NCBI GenBank assembly: GCA_963729165.1
Contig: CAVSMM010000015.1
Location: 184,133 to 224,132, forward strand
DNA from: an uncultured beta proteobacterium
GTDB taxonomy: Bacteria; Pseudomonadota; Gammaproteobacteria; Burkholderiales; Burkholderiaceae_F
Reading direction: 5' to 3'
Length of the DNA: 40,000 bases
Shown here: in pieces, positions 1 through 12,144 of the stretch
Layout of the letters: every line of letters begins with the position of its first letter
How positions within the stretch are numbered: position 1 is the stretch's first letter
Program-made: the position numbers and the translations under genes
Notes under the pieces: model-generated
Told to the model about the DNA's origin: nothing
Database searches by the model: none
The model's input: the letters and a program-made list of their open reading frames with translations, nothing else

Positions 1-1405
1 GCGAGCAATGCTTCGAAATCCGGGTCGCCCGTTCCTTCGGTCCACTCGGCAATCTCGCGCGCCAGTGACAATCCGGTCGCGCGCTCTACCACTGACGCGA
101 TCTGGTCTTCCGTGACGCCGGTGTACGCGGCGCCGGCCGCCTTCCACTGCTTCCAAAGCAGCCGCATTACGTCGTCGAGTGAACGTTTGCCCTCCGTCTG
201 CGCGCGGATCGTCAGGTCGAGCGCGAGTCCGACCAATGAGCCCTTCTGGTAGTAGCTGACGACGCTGTTCGGCGCGTTTTCATCCTGGCGGTAGTACTTG
301 ATCCATGCGTCATATGAGCTATCGGCCACGCTTTGCTTAAGCCGGCTCGATCGCTGCGTCACCGTCGTCAGTGTTTTCGCCAGGCCGCTCAGGTATTGGA
401 GCTCGCTCAGCAAGCCGGCACGCGTTAGCAACAAGTCGTCGTAGTAGGAAGTGAACCCTTCGAACGCCCAGAGCAGTCGCGTGTGATTCTCGCGACCGAG
501 GTCATACGGCACGAACGCCGCAGGTCTGATTCGTTTGATGTTCCACGCATGAAAATATTCGTGGCTGGCCAGCCCGAGAAAGTTGCGATAAGCCTCGGTG
601 GTTTCGGTCATGCCGACAAACGGCAGCCCTTCGCGCTTGGTGACCAGCGCTGTTGAGCTGCGATGTTCAAGGCCACCGTAGCTGTCGCCCAGCGCCATCG
701 TCAGGAATGTGTAGCGGTCAAACGGCGCCTTGCGCGAGCGCGGTTCGAACATCTTGACTTGTGTTTCACACACCGCAGCCAGATCGGCGGTGAGTCTCGG
801 CATGTCGAGCTTCGGCACTCGTCCGGTGACGACGATCTCGTGCGGAGTGTCGAGCACGCTAAAGCGGCCCAGCTCGAAGTCGCCCATTTCAACCGGGCAA
901 TCGATCAGCTCGTCGTAGCTAGAGGCTTCGTAGGTGCCAAAGGAATGGCGACGAGTGCCACGTGCCGGCGCGAGTGCGGTAGCGACTCGCCACTTGCGAT
1001 ATCGCGCGCCGGCGGGCGGCAATATATCGACCGTGCACTGCTCTCTTTCAAGGCCGATCGGAAGTAGAAACACCGATGTTCCATTAAAAAATCCATGCGT
1101 TTCATCTAAATGCGCCGCACGTACCGACAGGTCCCACGCATACACCTCATACGCCAGCTCTATTTGCGTTGCGGGTGGTGCGCGCCAGGTGTGTTTGTCA
1201 ATTTTGTCGAGCGCGACGCGACGATTGCCAGCGAGCGCGCTGATGCGCACGATGTTGCGAGCGAACTCCCGGATCATGTAGCTGCCGGGAATCCATGCCG
1301 GAAGCATGAAATGCTGCCCTTCGGGATCGGGCCGCTCGACGCGGCACGTCACATGAAACAAATGGGCGGCGGGTGATGCGGGCCGAATGGCGTAGAAAAT
1401 CGGCA
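1..1405 (-). CDS. M61 family (glycyl) aminopeptidase; C-terminal end runs off the window
   Basis: Continuous reverse frame from the rc-ATG at 1403-1405 down to base 1. It is open-ended and therefore absent from the ORF track. My translation MPIFYAIRPASPAAHLFHVTCRVERPDPEG... contains HEYFHAWN, the zinc motif of peptidase M61. Confidence 0.8.
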
Positions 1406-1456
1406 TGTGACGCTTAGTGGAAGTCTATGTCGACCAACACCGCCGTCATTCACATC

Positions 1457-2821
1457 TCACGCAGATTTCTTCAGCCGAGCGGCAATCCACACGACGAACC
1501 CGGCCAGCATCACGTAGATTGCAACCTGTATCGCTTGATTCTCGAAGGTGAAAATCAGGCTTCGATAAAGCAGGAACAGACAAGTGCAGACGAACACGAT
1601 TGGCAGAATGGGATAGAGCGGCACTTTGAACGGCCGCGTTACGTGCGGGTAACGAAAGCGCAGGACGAACAAGCCAATCCCGGTCAGCAGAATAAACAAC
1701 CAGAACACGGGTGCCGTGAAATCCACCATGAATTTGACGCCGCCTTGATTTACGGCCGCGATAAACACGATCAGCAGCGTGATGACACTGGTCGTCACCA
1801 GCGCAACGATCGGCGTGTCGCGGCGCGCGTTCCAGCGACCCATAAAACGAAAGATTGGCCAATCCTGGCCGAGTGAGTAATTCACCCGCGCAGCGACGAG
1901 CATCGTCGCGTTGATTGAAGTCAGCGCCGCCAGCGCGACGATCGCTCCGATCAGTTTCTCCCCGAAGCTGCCGAATGCTCTTTGCGCCACATCCGCGGCA
2001 ACCTGCTTGCTCGCCTTCAGACCGTCAAATCCCAATCCGGAAAGCAGAGCCGCAACAAAAAGCAGATAAACAACCGTGATCAGCAGCAGCGATATCACGA
2101 GAACTTTGACGATTGAACGGCTGCCACCCTTGACCTCTGCCGAGATATACGCGGCGTCGTTCCAGCCGCCATAGGTGAACAGCACAAACAGCAATGCGGT
2201 ACCAAAGAGAGCAGGTATGCCGTCGCCTGTCGGCGCCGCGGGCGCCGCGCCTGTGGCTGCCGGCGCGACAAAGCCGGCGACGACAACAAACAGCAGGCCG
2301 AGCACTTCGAGCACCGACATCACATTCTGTGTTCTAGCCGATGCGCGCAGGCCGACGATGTTGACGGCGGTTAATGCAAGGACGATCAAGACCGCATAGA
2401 TAACCGAGGAGTTTTCACCGAGTGACAACACGCGGCTCATGTAGTCCCCGAAGATGAACGCCAGCAGCGCGATCGCGCCCGTAGTAATCACGGTGACGCG
2501 TGCCCAAGCAAAGAAGAAACTCACGTCGCGTCCATAGGCGCGAGTCAGAAAGTGATAGTCACCGCCGGCATTCGGAAAGGTCGTTGCCAATTCCGCGTAA
2601 CACAACGCTCCAACAAGGGCCAGCACGGCTCCGAAGATCCACGCGCCGAACATCCACTCGACGGAACCTGTCATGCCGGCAACAAGCGGAGGAAAAGAGA
2701 AGATGCCACCGCCGATAACAATGCCGGTAATGATCATCACCGCGTCGAAGACGGACAACACCTTGCGCGGCGCTGCTGTCGTCGAGGTAGCCGATACAGG
2801 TGTGCTTGGTCCGACGGTCAT
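1457..2821 (-). CDS. APC-superfamily amino acid permease
   Basis: ORF 1457..2854 is a multi-pass hydrophobic protein with an APC-like N-terminus (FDAVMIITGIVIGGGIF). I place the start at the ATG at 2819-2821 (MTVGPSTP...) because the ATG at 2852-2854 sits inside the upstream terminator hairpin. Confidence 0.8.
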   Translation of the reverse strand: MTVGPSTPVSATSTTAAPRKVLSVFDAVMIITGIVIGGGIFSFPPLVAGMTGSVEWMFGAWIFGAVLALVGALCYAELATTFPNAGGDYHFLTRAYGRDVSFFFAWARVTVITTGAIALLAFIFGDYMSRVLSLGENSSVIYAVLIVLALTAVNIVGLRASARTQNVMSVLEVLGLLFVVVAGFVAPAATGAAPAAPTGDGIPALFGTALLFVLFTYGGWNDAAYISAEVKGGSRSIVKVLVISLLLITVVYLLFVAALLSGLGFDGLKASKQVAADVAQRAFGSFGEKLIGAIVALAALTSINATMLVAARVNYSLGQDWPIFRFMGRWNARRDTPIVALVTTSVITLLIVFIAAVNQGGVKFMVDFTAPVFWLFILLTGIGLFVLRFRYPHVTRPFKVPLYPILPIVFVCTCLFLLYRSLIFTFENQAIQVAIYVMLAGFVVWIAARLKKSA

Positions 2822-2840
2822 GGATGTCCCGAGAGATAAC

Positions 2841-2863
2841 AAAAAGCCCCGCATGCGCGGGGC
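2841..2863 (-). terminator. Rho-independent terminator after the methyltransferase-like gene
   Basis: On the minus strand, stem GCCCCGC / GCGGGGC (2857-2863 pairs with 2846-2852), a 4-nt loop, then TTTTTG (2841-2845). Confidence 0.6.
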
Positions 2864-2885
2864 TCAACTTCAATATCGGTAGAGC

Positions 2886-3743
2886 TTACTTGCGGGTTCC
2901 GGTTACTTTGGTTTCCGTCCCGTTGGCGCCTTTCAGCGTGCCCGTTAGCTCGTTGCCGCGCACGGTGCCGGTCAACGTGCGGGTAACGCCCTTGTCGTCG
3001 TTAAATGCGAAGCGAATCTCTTCGCCACGAACGGTCGCTCCGACCAATGGTTGCTTCGCCGAGCCTGCCGCGACGTCGCCGGTGATCTTTTGATACTTCT
3101 GGCTCAGGTTGACGGTGTACTGCGCATTGCTACCTTGTTCGCGCAGCGACCAGGCACCTTCGACCTTCGCCGGCACGATCCAGAGATATGCCGTGCGGTA
3201 ATCCACCTCCGCCGTTTCATCGGGCTCCCAATCGCCCATCGTGAATTGGTGCGACGTCACGCGCGTGCCCGGCTTCATGTTCAGGATGGTCGGGCGCAGA
3301 CGCAAGTTCAACTCCGGCAGCAGGTACATCGTCACCACTGAGGCCTTACTAAAGTCCTCCTTGAAAACGTCGCCCTGGATGATGCGCGTCTTGCCAGTCA
3401 GGTTCTCCGCCTGCACGTAACATTGTGCAAGCTTCGCCATATCGGGGTTGTATTCGATGCCGACTGCCGTTGCCCCCATCTTCCCGGCGGCGATTGCAAT
3501 TTTTCCGTCGCCGGCACCTAGGTCGTACACGGTATCTTGCGGCGTGACCTTGGCCATGCGCAGCATGCGCTGCACGATCTCGTCGGGTGTCGGCACCCAG
3601 ACGACGTCTTTGCCGGATTGACCGACCTGCGGCTTGTAATCGCGATCGCACTCTCGGCGATCTTTCGCATCCGCACTGACGGTCGCGGCGGCGAGCACGC
3701 TGGCAAGTGCGATGGCGGTACTGCTACGGATGAAACGGGACAT
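2886..3743 (-). CDS. Exported class I SAM-dependent methyltransferase-like protein
   Basis: 285 aa. Signal peptide MSRFIRSSTAIALASVLAAATVSA/DA. Motif I VYDLGAGDGKIAIAAG followed by GIEYNP. A C-terminal beta-rich extension. Confidence 0.7.
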   Translation of the reverse strand: MSRFIRSSTAIALASVLAAATVSADAKDRRECDRDYKPQVGQSGKDVVWVPTPDEIVQRMLRMAKVTPQDTVYDLGAGDGKIAIAAGKMGATAVGIEYNPDMAKLAQCYVQAENLTGKTRIIQGDVFKEDFSKASVVTMYLLPELNLRLRPTILNMKPGTRVTSHQFTMGDWEPDETAEVDYRTAYLWIVPAKVEGAWSLREQGSNAQYTVNLSQKYQKITGDVAAGSAKQPLVGATVRGEEIRFAFNDDKGVTRTLTGTVRGNELTGTLKGANGTETKVTGTRK

Positions 3744-3777
3744 GGCTTCTCCTTGTGCTCAAATTTGCGTGGCTCGA

Positions 3778-4770
3778 TTATGCATTGACGTTGACGACGA
3801 CTCGGCCCCGGATCTCGCCCGCCAGGATCGCGCGGCCGGCTTCGAAGGCGTCGGCCAACACAATCTCGCTCGTGATTGCATCCAAGTCAGCGCGATGCAG
3901 TTCTTGTGCCAAATGCTGCCACGCCAGCGTACGTCGAGCTATCGGGCACATCACCGAGTCGACCCCAATGAGGCGTGCGCTTCGCAAAATGAATGGCGCC
4001 ACGGTGGCCGGAAAATCCATGCCCTGTGCCAATCCGCACGCGACAGCGACACCGCCGTAGCGCAGTTGGGCACACGCGTTGGCGAGAGTCTGACTGCCGA
4101 CCGAATCGATGACACCGGCCCAGCGCTCCTTCTGCAGCGGCTTGCCAGGGCTGGACAGCTCGGCGCGATCGATTACTTCAGCCGCACCTAGCCTGCGTAG
4201 ATAGTCAGCCTCGGCGAGCTTTCCCGTGCTGGCGACGACCCGAAAGCCGCGCCGGGCAAGGATCGCCACCGCAAAGGAACCGACGCCGCCGCTGGCACCC
4301 GTTACGAGCACTTCACCGCTCGTCACGCCATTGTCGGCAAGCGCCATCGCTGCCAGCATGGCGGTGTACCCGGCGGTGCCGATCGACATGGTGTCACGCG
4401 TCGTCAGCGGCGCCGGTATGCGCACTAGGTGTTCGCCCTTGTAGCGACCGCGCTGAGCGAGGCCGCCCCAAAGTGTCTCGCCGGCGCCCCAGCCATTCAA
4501 TACAACATGATCGCCGGCGCGCACGTGGACCGATGTGGGACTGGCCTGAACCGTGCCCGCACAATCGATACCCGGAACCATCGGCCACTTGCGAACGACC
4601 GGTGACTTGTTGGTCAGCGCGAGCCCATCCTTGTAATTGACCGTCGAGTAGTCGATCGCGACTGTCGCATCGGCTTCGGGCGTATTCGCTAAGAGCTCGG
4701 CGTCGTCGAGGTCGCGCAGCTCCGCTCGAAAGTCATCAGCCTTGGTCAGATAAATTGCTTTGAACATCAT
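3778..4770 (-). CDS. YhdH/AcuI-type MDR NADPH-dependent oxidoreductase (acrylyl-CoA reductase family)
   Basis: 330 aa. N-terminus MFKAIYL...VAIDYSTVNYKDGLA, PMVPGIDCAGTV, and the nucleotide loop VLVTGASGGVGSFAV. Confidence 0.8.
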   Translation of the reverse strand: MMFKAIYLTKADDFRAELRDLDDAELLANTPEADATVAIDYSTVNYKDGLALTNKSPVVRKWPMVPGIDCAGTVQASPTSVHVRAGDHVVLNGWGAGETLWGGLAQRGRYKGEHLVRIPAPLTTRDTMSIGTAGYTAMLAAMALADNGVTSGEVLVTGASGGVGSFAVAILARRGFRVVASTGKLAEADYLRRLGAAEVIDRAELSSPGKPLQKERWAGVIDSVGSQTLANACAQLRYGGVAVACGLAQGMDFPATVAPFILRSARLIGVDSVMCPIARRTLAWQHLAQELHRADLDAITSEIVLADAFEAGRAILAGEIRGRVVVNVNA

Positions 4771-4963
4771 GCGGAGTGAAAACGGCAGGTTCGGCGGAAG
4801 ATACTACGGACCACAGTGGAATCTTGGTTACGCTAGCGTGACTCGTGCCCGCGACAGATGTAATCGGTCGACAGCTTCACAGGCTCTTTTTCTGCCTTTT
4901 CTCTGGCGGAATGCGTGCATCGTGGCAGAATCGAAATACTGACGATGACGTTTTAAGGGCCCG

Positions 4964-7582
4964 TTGGCATCAACCGTCATTCCGCTGCGACAAGCAGCTG
5001 TTGAAAGTTCGCTGAAGCGCGCGGCATTCGAGTATGCCGGTGTGGCAATGCTGTGTGTTAACAGCGCCGGCCAGATTCTCGCGCTAAATACTGAAGCTTC
5101 ATTATTGGTGGGTGGCGATTCGCCGATCGGCCGCAGCGTCGCCGAAATCGTCCCATTCCCGAGTCATCGAGCATTCGCGCGTCGCTGGAATCGGTTGTGG
5201 GCGATGGCTGCCAGTGGTACTCACGCGAGCGTCGAAACAAAACTTCCTTTGCGCGGTGGCGGGCGGTTGACGGCGCGCATCGCCGTGCGCCTGTTTCGAT
5301 TCGAGCAGGAAGAATTCGCGTCGATTGCGATTACCGAAACCGCGCAGGCGCGCGCTGACGCGAAGCGCGTTCAACTCGACGAAATGCGCGCGCGGGCACT
5401 CGCGCAGCATCAGTCCGAGTTGACGGTCGTGCTGAACGAAGACAGGCGCGTCGTCTATGCGAGCGCCGCACTCGAGCCAATCACCGGCGAGCAGGCATTC
5501 GACGTTCTGGGATCGCCGTTCGAATTCATTCTCGATCAGCCTTCGCGTATCGAGTTTCGGCGCGCTGTCGATCGCATCTTGCGCGAGCAGCCGGGCGACC
5601 GGCAGATTCCGTCGCTGCTGCTGCGCACGCGCGCAGCGCTTGCCGGGACCGGCCGCAGCATTTCTTGCGTTATCGCCAATCGGCTCGACGATCCGCGTGT
5701 GCGCGGTCTGGTGCTTACGGCGCGCGATCTGGGTCCCGCCGAGCGCGCGCAGGCGAGGAGGCTGCGTTTTCGCGAGCGGCTGCTGGAGCTGGCGATCCAG
5801 CCCAAGTCCGACTTCACGCATGCGCTGTCGGCCATTTTGCGCACTGCGACCGAGGTGCTCGATGTCAGCGCCGTGAGTTTCTGGCGCTTGTCGCCCGATG
5901 GCGAATCGCTGCGCTGCGAGTCCCTGTTCGATCGTGCCAGCGATCGTTTCAAGCGCGATTGGGTCGGCCGTGAACTCAGCGCGACGCGCTTTCCCGCTTA
6001 CTTTGCGCAGCTGATGAATCGGCAGCCGATCGTGGTCAATGACACGCACACGTCCCGGCTGACCACTTCATTTGCGGGCGATCGGAACTGGTCGCGCGTG
6101 CGCGCCATGCTCGACGTGCCGGTGCTCGTCGAAGGCGAAGTCAGTGGCGTGCTCAGCTTGCAGCACCACGAGTCACGCTTGTGGGATGACGACGACGTCA
6201 GCTTTGCCAACACGACGTCGCTGATGCTCGCGTTGGCGCTCGAAGCGGCGCAGCGGCAGGAAGCCGAAACGCGGATCGAGCATCTTGCGTGGTACGACGG
6301 CCTGACCGGCTTGCCGAACCGCAATCTGCTGCGCGAAACGATGCGCGATCTGATCATGACGGCCGCGAATCGCAAGCGGCGCATGGCGGTGATGCTGATC
6401 GATCTCGATCGCTTCAAGGACGTCAACGACACGCTCGGCCACCTGGTGGGCGATGCGCTGATCAAGTCCGCGGCCGAGCTGCTCGGACAAACCGTCGGTG
6501 ATGCGGGCACGGTGGCCCGGCTCGGCGGCGACGAGTTCGTCGTGTTGATCAACGAGTTCGTTCACCGGCAGGAAGTCGCGCTACTCGCGGCGCGGATTGC
6601 GCAAACCTTGAATCGCACCGATCTTGTGCCGACCATCGACACGCAGGTATCCGCATCGATCGGCGTTGCGCTGTTTCCGGAGCACGGACGCGACATGAGC
6701 ACGCTGCTGAAAAACGCCGATGCCGCGATGTACCAGGCAAAGCGCGACGGCCGCAATCAGTTCAGCTTTTTCAATCCGATCCGCTACGAGCGAGCCGCGC
6801 GCGAAGTTCAGCTGGGTATCGAGCTCGTCAAGGCGGTTCAAAGCGAAGCGCCGCAATTCATTTGCGAGTACCAGCCGCAGGTCGAGATGGTGAGCGGCCG
6901 CGTCGTCGGGCTCGAAGCGCTGATCCGGTGGCAGCACCCGGTGCACGGTGTATTGACGCCTGATCGCTTCATCGGCGTAGCCGAATTGAGTGGCCTTTCG
7001 GAGCGGATCACGCGCTGGGTGTTGAATGACGTGTGTTCGCAAATCAATCGCTGGCGCCAGGTGCGTCCCGACTTCGATGTGCCGGTATCGATCAACGTTG
7101 CCGGGCGCGAGATGGGTTCGACCGCGCTGCCGGCGCTGGTGCGTGCCGCGCTCGCACAGCACGGGATTGCTCCACAGCTGATCGTCCTCGAGATTACCGA
7201 GCGCACTCTGGTCAGGGAAAGTGAAATCAACAACGATGTGCTGGCCGAGCTCGCGTCACTCGGAGTTGGGCTGGTGCTCGATGACTTCGGCACCGGCTAT
7301 TCGATGCTGGGCTATTTGAAGCGCATGCCATTTACTGCGCTGAAGATCGATCAGTCGTTCATCGAAGGCATTCCGGGCGACGCCGATAGCCGCGCGATCG
7401 TTCATGCAATGCTCGCCGTGGCGCGCCATTTCAAATTGAAGGTCGTCGCAGAGGGCGTGGAGTCGATCGAGCAGGTCGAATACATGCGCGATATCGGCTG
7501 CGAATTCGCGCAGGGCTTCTTCTACGCCCGCGCACTTTCTTCGGACACGATTCTCGACTATCTCGCGCGCGCCGGCAGCTAG
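4964..7582 (+). CDS. PAS-GAF-GGDEF-EAL cyclic-di-GMP signalling protein
   Basis: 872 aa with a TTG start in the ORF track. WYDGLTGLPNR and RLGGDEFVVL (intact GGDEF). EALIRWQHP, DDFGTGYS and the QGF motif (intact EAL). Confidence 0.85.
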   Translation: MASTVIPLRQAAVESSLKRAAFEYAGVAMLCVNSAGQILALNTEASLLVGGDSPIGRSVAEIVPFPSHRAFARRWNRLWAMAASGTHASVETKLPLRGGGRLTARIAVRLFRFEQEEFASIAITETAQARADAKRVQLDEMRARALAQHQSELTVVLNEDRRVVYASAALEPITGEQAFDVLGSPFEFILDQPSRIEFRRAVDRILREQPGDRQIPSLLLRTRAALAGTGRSISCVIANRLDDPRVRGLVLTARDLGPAERAQARRLRFRERLLELAIQPKSDFTHALSAILRTATEVLDVSAVSFWRLSPDGESLRCESLFDRASDRFKRDWVGRELSATRFPAYFAQLMNRQPIVVNDTHTSRLTTSFAGDRNWSRVRAMLDVPVLVEGEVSGVLSLQHHESRLWDDDDVSFANTTSLMLALALEAAQRQEAETRIEHLAWYDGLTGLPNRNLLRETMRDLIMTAANRKRRMAVMLIDLDRFKDVNDTLGHLVGDALIKSAAELLGQTVGDAGTVARLGGDEFVVLINEFVHRQEVALLAARIAQTLNRTDLVPTIDTQVSASIGVALFPEHGRDMSTLLKNADAAMYQAKRDGRNQFSFFNPIRYERAAREVQLGIELVKAVQSEAPQFICEYQPQVEMVSGRVVGLEALIRWQHPVHGVLTPDRFIGVAELSGLSERITRWVLNDVCSQINRWRQVRPDFDVPVSINVAGREMGSTALPALVRAALAQHGIAPQLIVLEITERTLVRESEINNDVLAELASLGVGLVLDDFGTGYSMLGYLKRMPFTALKIDQSFIEGIPGDADSRAIVHAMLAVARHFKLKVVAEGVESIEQVEYMRDIGCEFAQGFFYARALSSDTILDYLARAGS

Positions 7583-7641
7583 CGACGTCCGGTCTTCGTT
7601 TGCATCGCTAAGATTGCGGTGCAAATCACGGAGACGCCGCA

Positions 7642-8418
7642 ATGAATCACGAGCACATCATCGTCGAGACGCGCGATCGCGTCGGTTTGATCCGGCTGAA
7701 TCGACCCAAGGCGCTTAACGCGCTCAATGACAAGTTAATGGATGAGCTCGGTGCCGCGCTGCTCGGTTTCGATTCGGACGACGCGATCGGTGCGATCGTC
7801 ATCACCGGTAACGACAAGGCGTTTGCGGCGGGCGCCGACATCGGTGCGATGAGCACGTGGTCGTACATGGACGTATTCAAGACCGACTACATCACGCGCA
7901 ACTGGGAAACGATCCGACGCGTTCGCAAGCCGGTGATTGCCGCGGTCGGCGGCTTCGCGCTCGGCGGCGGGTGCGAACTGGCGATGATGTGCGACATCAT
8001 CATTGCGGCCGACTCGGCAAAGTTCGGTCAACCCGAGATCAAACTTGGGATCATTCCGGGCGCTGGCGGAACGCAGCGTTTGCCGCGCGCGGTCGGCAAG
8101 GCGAAGGCAATGGATCTCATCCTGTCGGCGCGCATGATGGACGCAGCGGAAGCGGAGCGCGCAGGACTTGTGTCGCGCGTCGTGCCCGCGGCCGATCTCC
8201 TCGCCGAAGCCTTGAAAATCGGCGCGACAATTGCAAGCTTTTCGCTGCCGGCGGTGCTGATGGCGAAGGAGTCGATTAATCGCGCCTACGAGTTGCCTCT
8301 GGCCGAAGGAGTTCTTTTCGAGCGGCGGCTCTTCCACTCGCTGTTCGCGACGACCGACCAGAAGGAAGGCATGGCCGCGTTCGTCGAGAAGCGCGCGCCG
8401 CGGTTTACTCACCGATAG
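7642..8418 (+). CDS. Enoyl-CoA hydratase (crotonase family, short-chain)
   Basis: 258 aa. [17 protein letters not shown] and [15 protein letters not shown] are classical crotonase signatures. Confidence 0.9.
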   Translation: MNHEHIIVETRDRVGLIRLNRPKALNALNDKLMDELGAALLGFDSDDAIGAIVITGNDKAFAAGADIGAMSTWSYMDVFKTDYITRNWETIRRVRKPVIAAVGGFALGGGCELAMMCDIIIAADSAKFGQPEIKLGIIPGAGGTQRLPRAVGKAKAMDLILSARMMDAAEAERAGLVSRVVPAADLLAEALKIGATIASFSLPAVLMAKESINRAYELPLAEGVLFERRLFHSLFATTDQKEGMAAFVEKRAPRFTHR

Positions 8419-8442
8419 CCGCCGCTGGCGCCGCTCAGACGC

Positions 8443-8471
8443 TTGAAATTTGCGTTCGAGCCGCCATATTC
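8443..8471 (+). promoter_or_regulatory. Possible rrn promoter P1
   Basis: TTGAAA at 8443-8448, a 16-17 nt spacer, then CATATT/ATATTC. Tandem upstream promoters are typical of rrn operons. The -10 element is weak. Confidence 0.35.
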
Positions 8472-8523
8472 GAGTCTGCGCAGGTTTTGAAGAGGCGCTC
8501 TAGCGTCACGCCGGCCTTGTTGC

Positions 8524-8552
8524 TTGACAGCATTTTTGCTGGCCTTCATAAT
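8524..8552 (+). promoter_or_regulatory. Probable rrn promoter P2 (sigma70)
   Basis: TTGACA (8524-8529), a 17-nt spacer, then CATAAT (8547-8552), about 235 nt upstream of 16S. Confidence 0.55.
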
Positions 8553-8611
8553 CGCGCCTCTTTACGACTCCCGCTACGCAGCGCTGTCAAAAGTGCATGC
8601 GACGGGTGTCT

Positions 8612-8624
8612 TGTTCTTTAAAAA
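8612..8624 (+). promoter_or_regulatory. boxA-like antitermination element in the rrn leader
   Basis: TGTTCTTTAAAAA compared with E. coli boxA TGCTCTTTAACAA. A second copy, CGATCTTTAACAA, lies at 10683-10695 in the spacer before 23S. Confidence 0.45.
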
Positions 8625-8632
8625 TGAAACAG

Positions 8633-8653
8633 CCGATAAGTGTGGGCGCTTAA
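8633..8653 (+). other. 5' half of the 16S processing (RNase III) stem
   Basis: CCGATAAGTGTGGGCGCTTAA is complementary to TTAAGCGTTCACACTTATCGG at 10340-10360, just after 16S. Confidence 0.6.
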
Positions 8654-8787
8654 TGAACGGCGCAACCAGGTCGAAAAGTCTCACGGCTATTGACCTGGCT
8701 GAACTCAAATCATTAGTGCTCACGCAATGGAATAAGGAAATCGAAAGATCTCCAAATTCCAGCGAGAGTAATCAAGCACACAGTATC

Positions 8788-10322
<1,535 letters not shown>

Positions 10323-10402
10323 CGAGTACGCGCTTCGATTTAAGCGTTCACACTTATCGGTTGGTTTCTTGCGGCAGCGAGTGGCCAGAAGGTTGCAAGG
10401 CG

Positions 10403-10479
10403 GGGTCTGTAGCTCAGCTGGTTAGAGCACCGTCTTGATAAGGCGGGGGTCGATGGTTCGAGTCCATCCAGACCCACCA
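10403..10479 (+). tRNA. tRNA-Ile (anticodon GAT)
   Basis: GGGTCTGTAGCTCAGCTGGTTAGAGCA...CTTGATAAG...GGTTCGAGTCC...CAGACCCACCA. Cloverleaf fold with an encoded CCA. Confidence 0.95.
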
Positions 10480-10522
10480 CGCTCGGGCAGGAGGCTTAAG
10501 CGGGGGCTTATGACCAGGAACC

Positions 10523-10598
10523 GGGGGTGTAGCTCAATTGGGAGAGCGCCTGCTTTGCAAGCAGGAGGTCATCGGTTCGATCCCGTTCACCTCCACCA
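10523..10598 (+). tRNA. tRNA-Ala (anticodon TGC)
   Basis: GGGGGTGTAGCTCAATTGGGAGAGCGCCTGCTTTGCAAGCAGG...CACCTCCACCA. The G3:U70 identity pair is present. Confidence 0.95.
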
Positions 10599-11396
10599 TC
10601 TTGTCTCAAACATCAAACGAAAGTGCGTGATAACTGTCAAAAGCGCGCATTTCCGTTTGGTCTTTGACCAAAATCGCTGTTTCGATCTTTAACAATTCGG
10701 AAGAAGCAAAGCGTTTCAATCCTGCGCCTGGTAATGAGTCAGGAGAGGATTGATAACGGGTTGTAATTGCATTCGAGTCTCAAGCATTAAATCTGAGATT
10801 AGCAACATGGTCGCCCAATGACCGTGTCGTCCTGTGAAACTGCAGGCCGCACCGTTATAGGATCAAGCGACTAAGTGCATGTGGTGGATGCCTTGGCGAT
10901 TACAGGCGATGAAGGACGTGGCAGCCTGCGTAAAGCTGCGGTCAGCTGGCAACGAGCGTTAACAGCCGCAGATGTCCGAATGGGGAAACCCTCCCGCAAG
11001 GGAATCCCTCGCTGAATAAATAGGCGAGTGGAAGCGAACCTGCTGAACTGAAACATCTAAGTAGGCAGAGGAAAAGAAATCAACCGAGATTCCGAGAGTA
11101 GTGGCGAGCGAAATCGGACCAGCCTGTGCGTTTTAGCTGTTGTTCAAACGGAACGTTCTGGAAAGTACGGCCATAGCGGGTGATAGCCCCGTATGTGAAA
11201 GAACGGCAGTGGAACTAAGCGCACGACAAGTAGGGCGGGACACGTGAAATCCTGTCTGAAGATGGGGGGACCATCCTCCAAGGCTAAATACTCGTAATCG
11301 ACCGATAGTGAACCAGTACTGTGAAGGAAAGGTAAAAAGAACCCCGGAAGGGGAGTGAAATAGATCCTGAAACCGCATGCATACAAACAGTAGGAG

Positions 11397-11533
11397 CTCC
11401 AGCTTCAATGGCCTTCGGTGGACCCTTTGACGACGCGGCACGCGTCGTCCAAAGGTCACCCACTACGAAGGGGAATGCCCCGGTGTGCTCTCGACATTAC
11501 AGTTCGGGAGTCGAGGGCTCATTGAAGCTGGAG
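11397..11533 (+). other. 23S intervening sequence in helix 25
   Basis: The short helix (CACGCTTAGGCGTG in E. coli) between ...GGAG and TGACTGCGTACC is replaced by about 137 nt. The block is closed by a perfect 14-bp stem, CTCCAGCTTCAATG (11397-11410) / CATTGAAGCTGGAG (11520-11533). Confidence 0.8.
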
Positions 11534-11952
11534 TGACTGCGTACCTTTTGCATAATGGGTCAGCGACTTACATTCTGTGGCAAGCTTAACCGTATAGGGA
11601 AGGCGTAGCGAAAGCGAGTCCGAATAGGGCGTTCAGTCGCAGGGTGTAGACCCGAAACCAGATGATCTATCCATGGCCAGGTTGAAGGTGGGGTAACACT
11701 CACTGGAGGACCGAACCGACTACTGTTGCAAAAGTAGCGGATGAGCTGTGGATAGGGGTGAAAGGCCAAACAAATCTGGAAATAGCTGGTTCTCCCCGAA
11801 AACTATTGAGGTAGTGCCTCGCGTATCACTCCAGGGGGTAGAGCACTGTTATGGCTAGGGGGGCATGGCGCCTTACCAAACCATGGCAAACTCCGAATAC
11901 TTGGAAGTGCAAGCGCGGGAGACAGTGCACCGGGTGCTAACGTCCGGACACG

Positions 11953-11987
<35 letters not shown>

Positions 11988-12144
11988 CAATATCGGCTAA
12001 GTGGGAAACGAAGTGGAAAGGCTAAGACAGTCAGGAAGTTGGCTTAGAAGCAGCCATCCTTCAAAGAAAGCGTAATAGCTCACTGATCGAGTCTTTCTGC
12101 GCGGAAGATGTAACGGGGCTAAGCCGATAACCGAAGCTGCGGAT

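Noticed and set aside
2822-2854. The upstream ATG at 2852-2854 as the permease start
   Set aside because: That codon is in the loop/stem of the terminator hairpin of the preceding gene. The ATG at 2819-2821 is more plausible.
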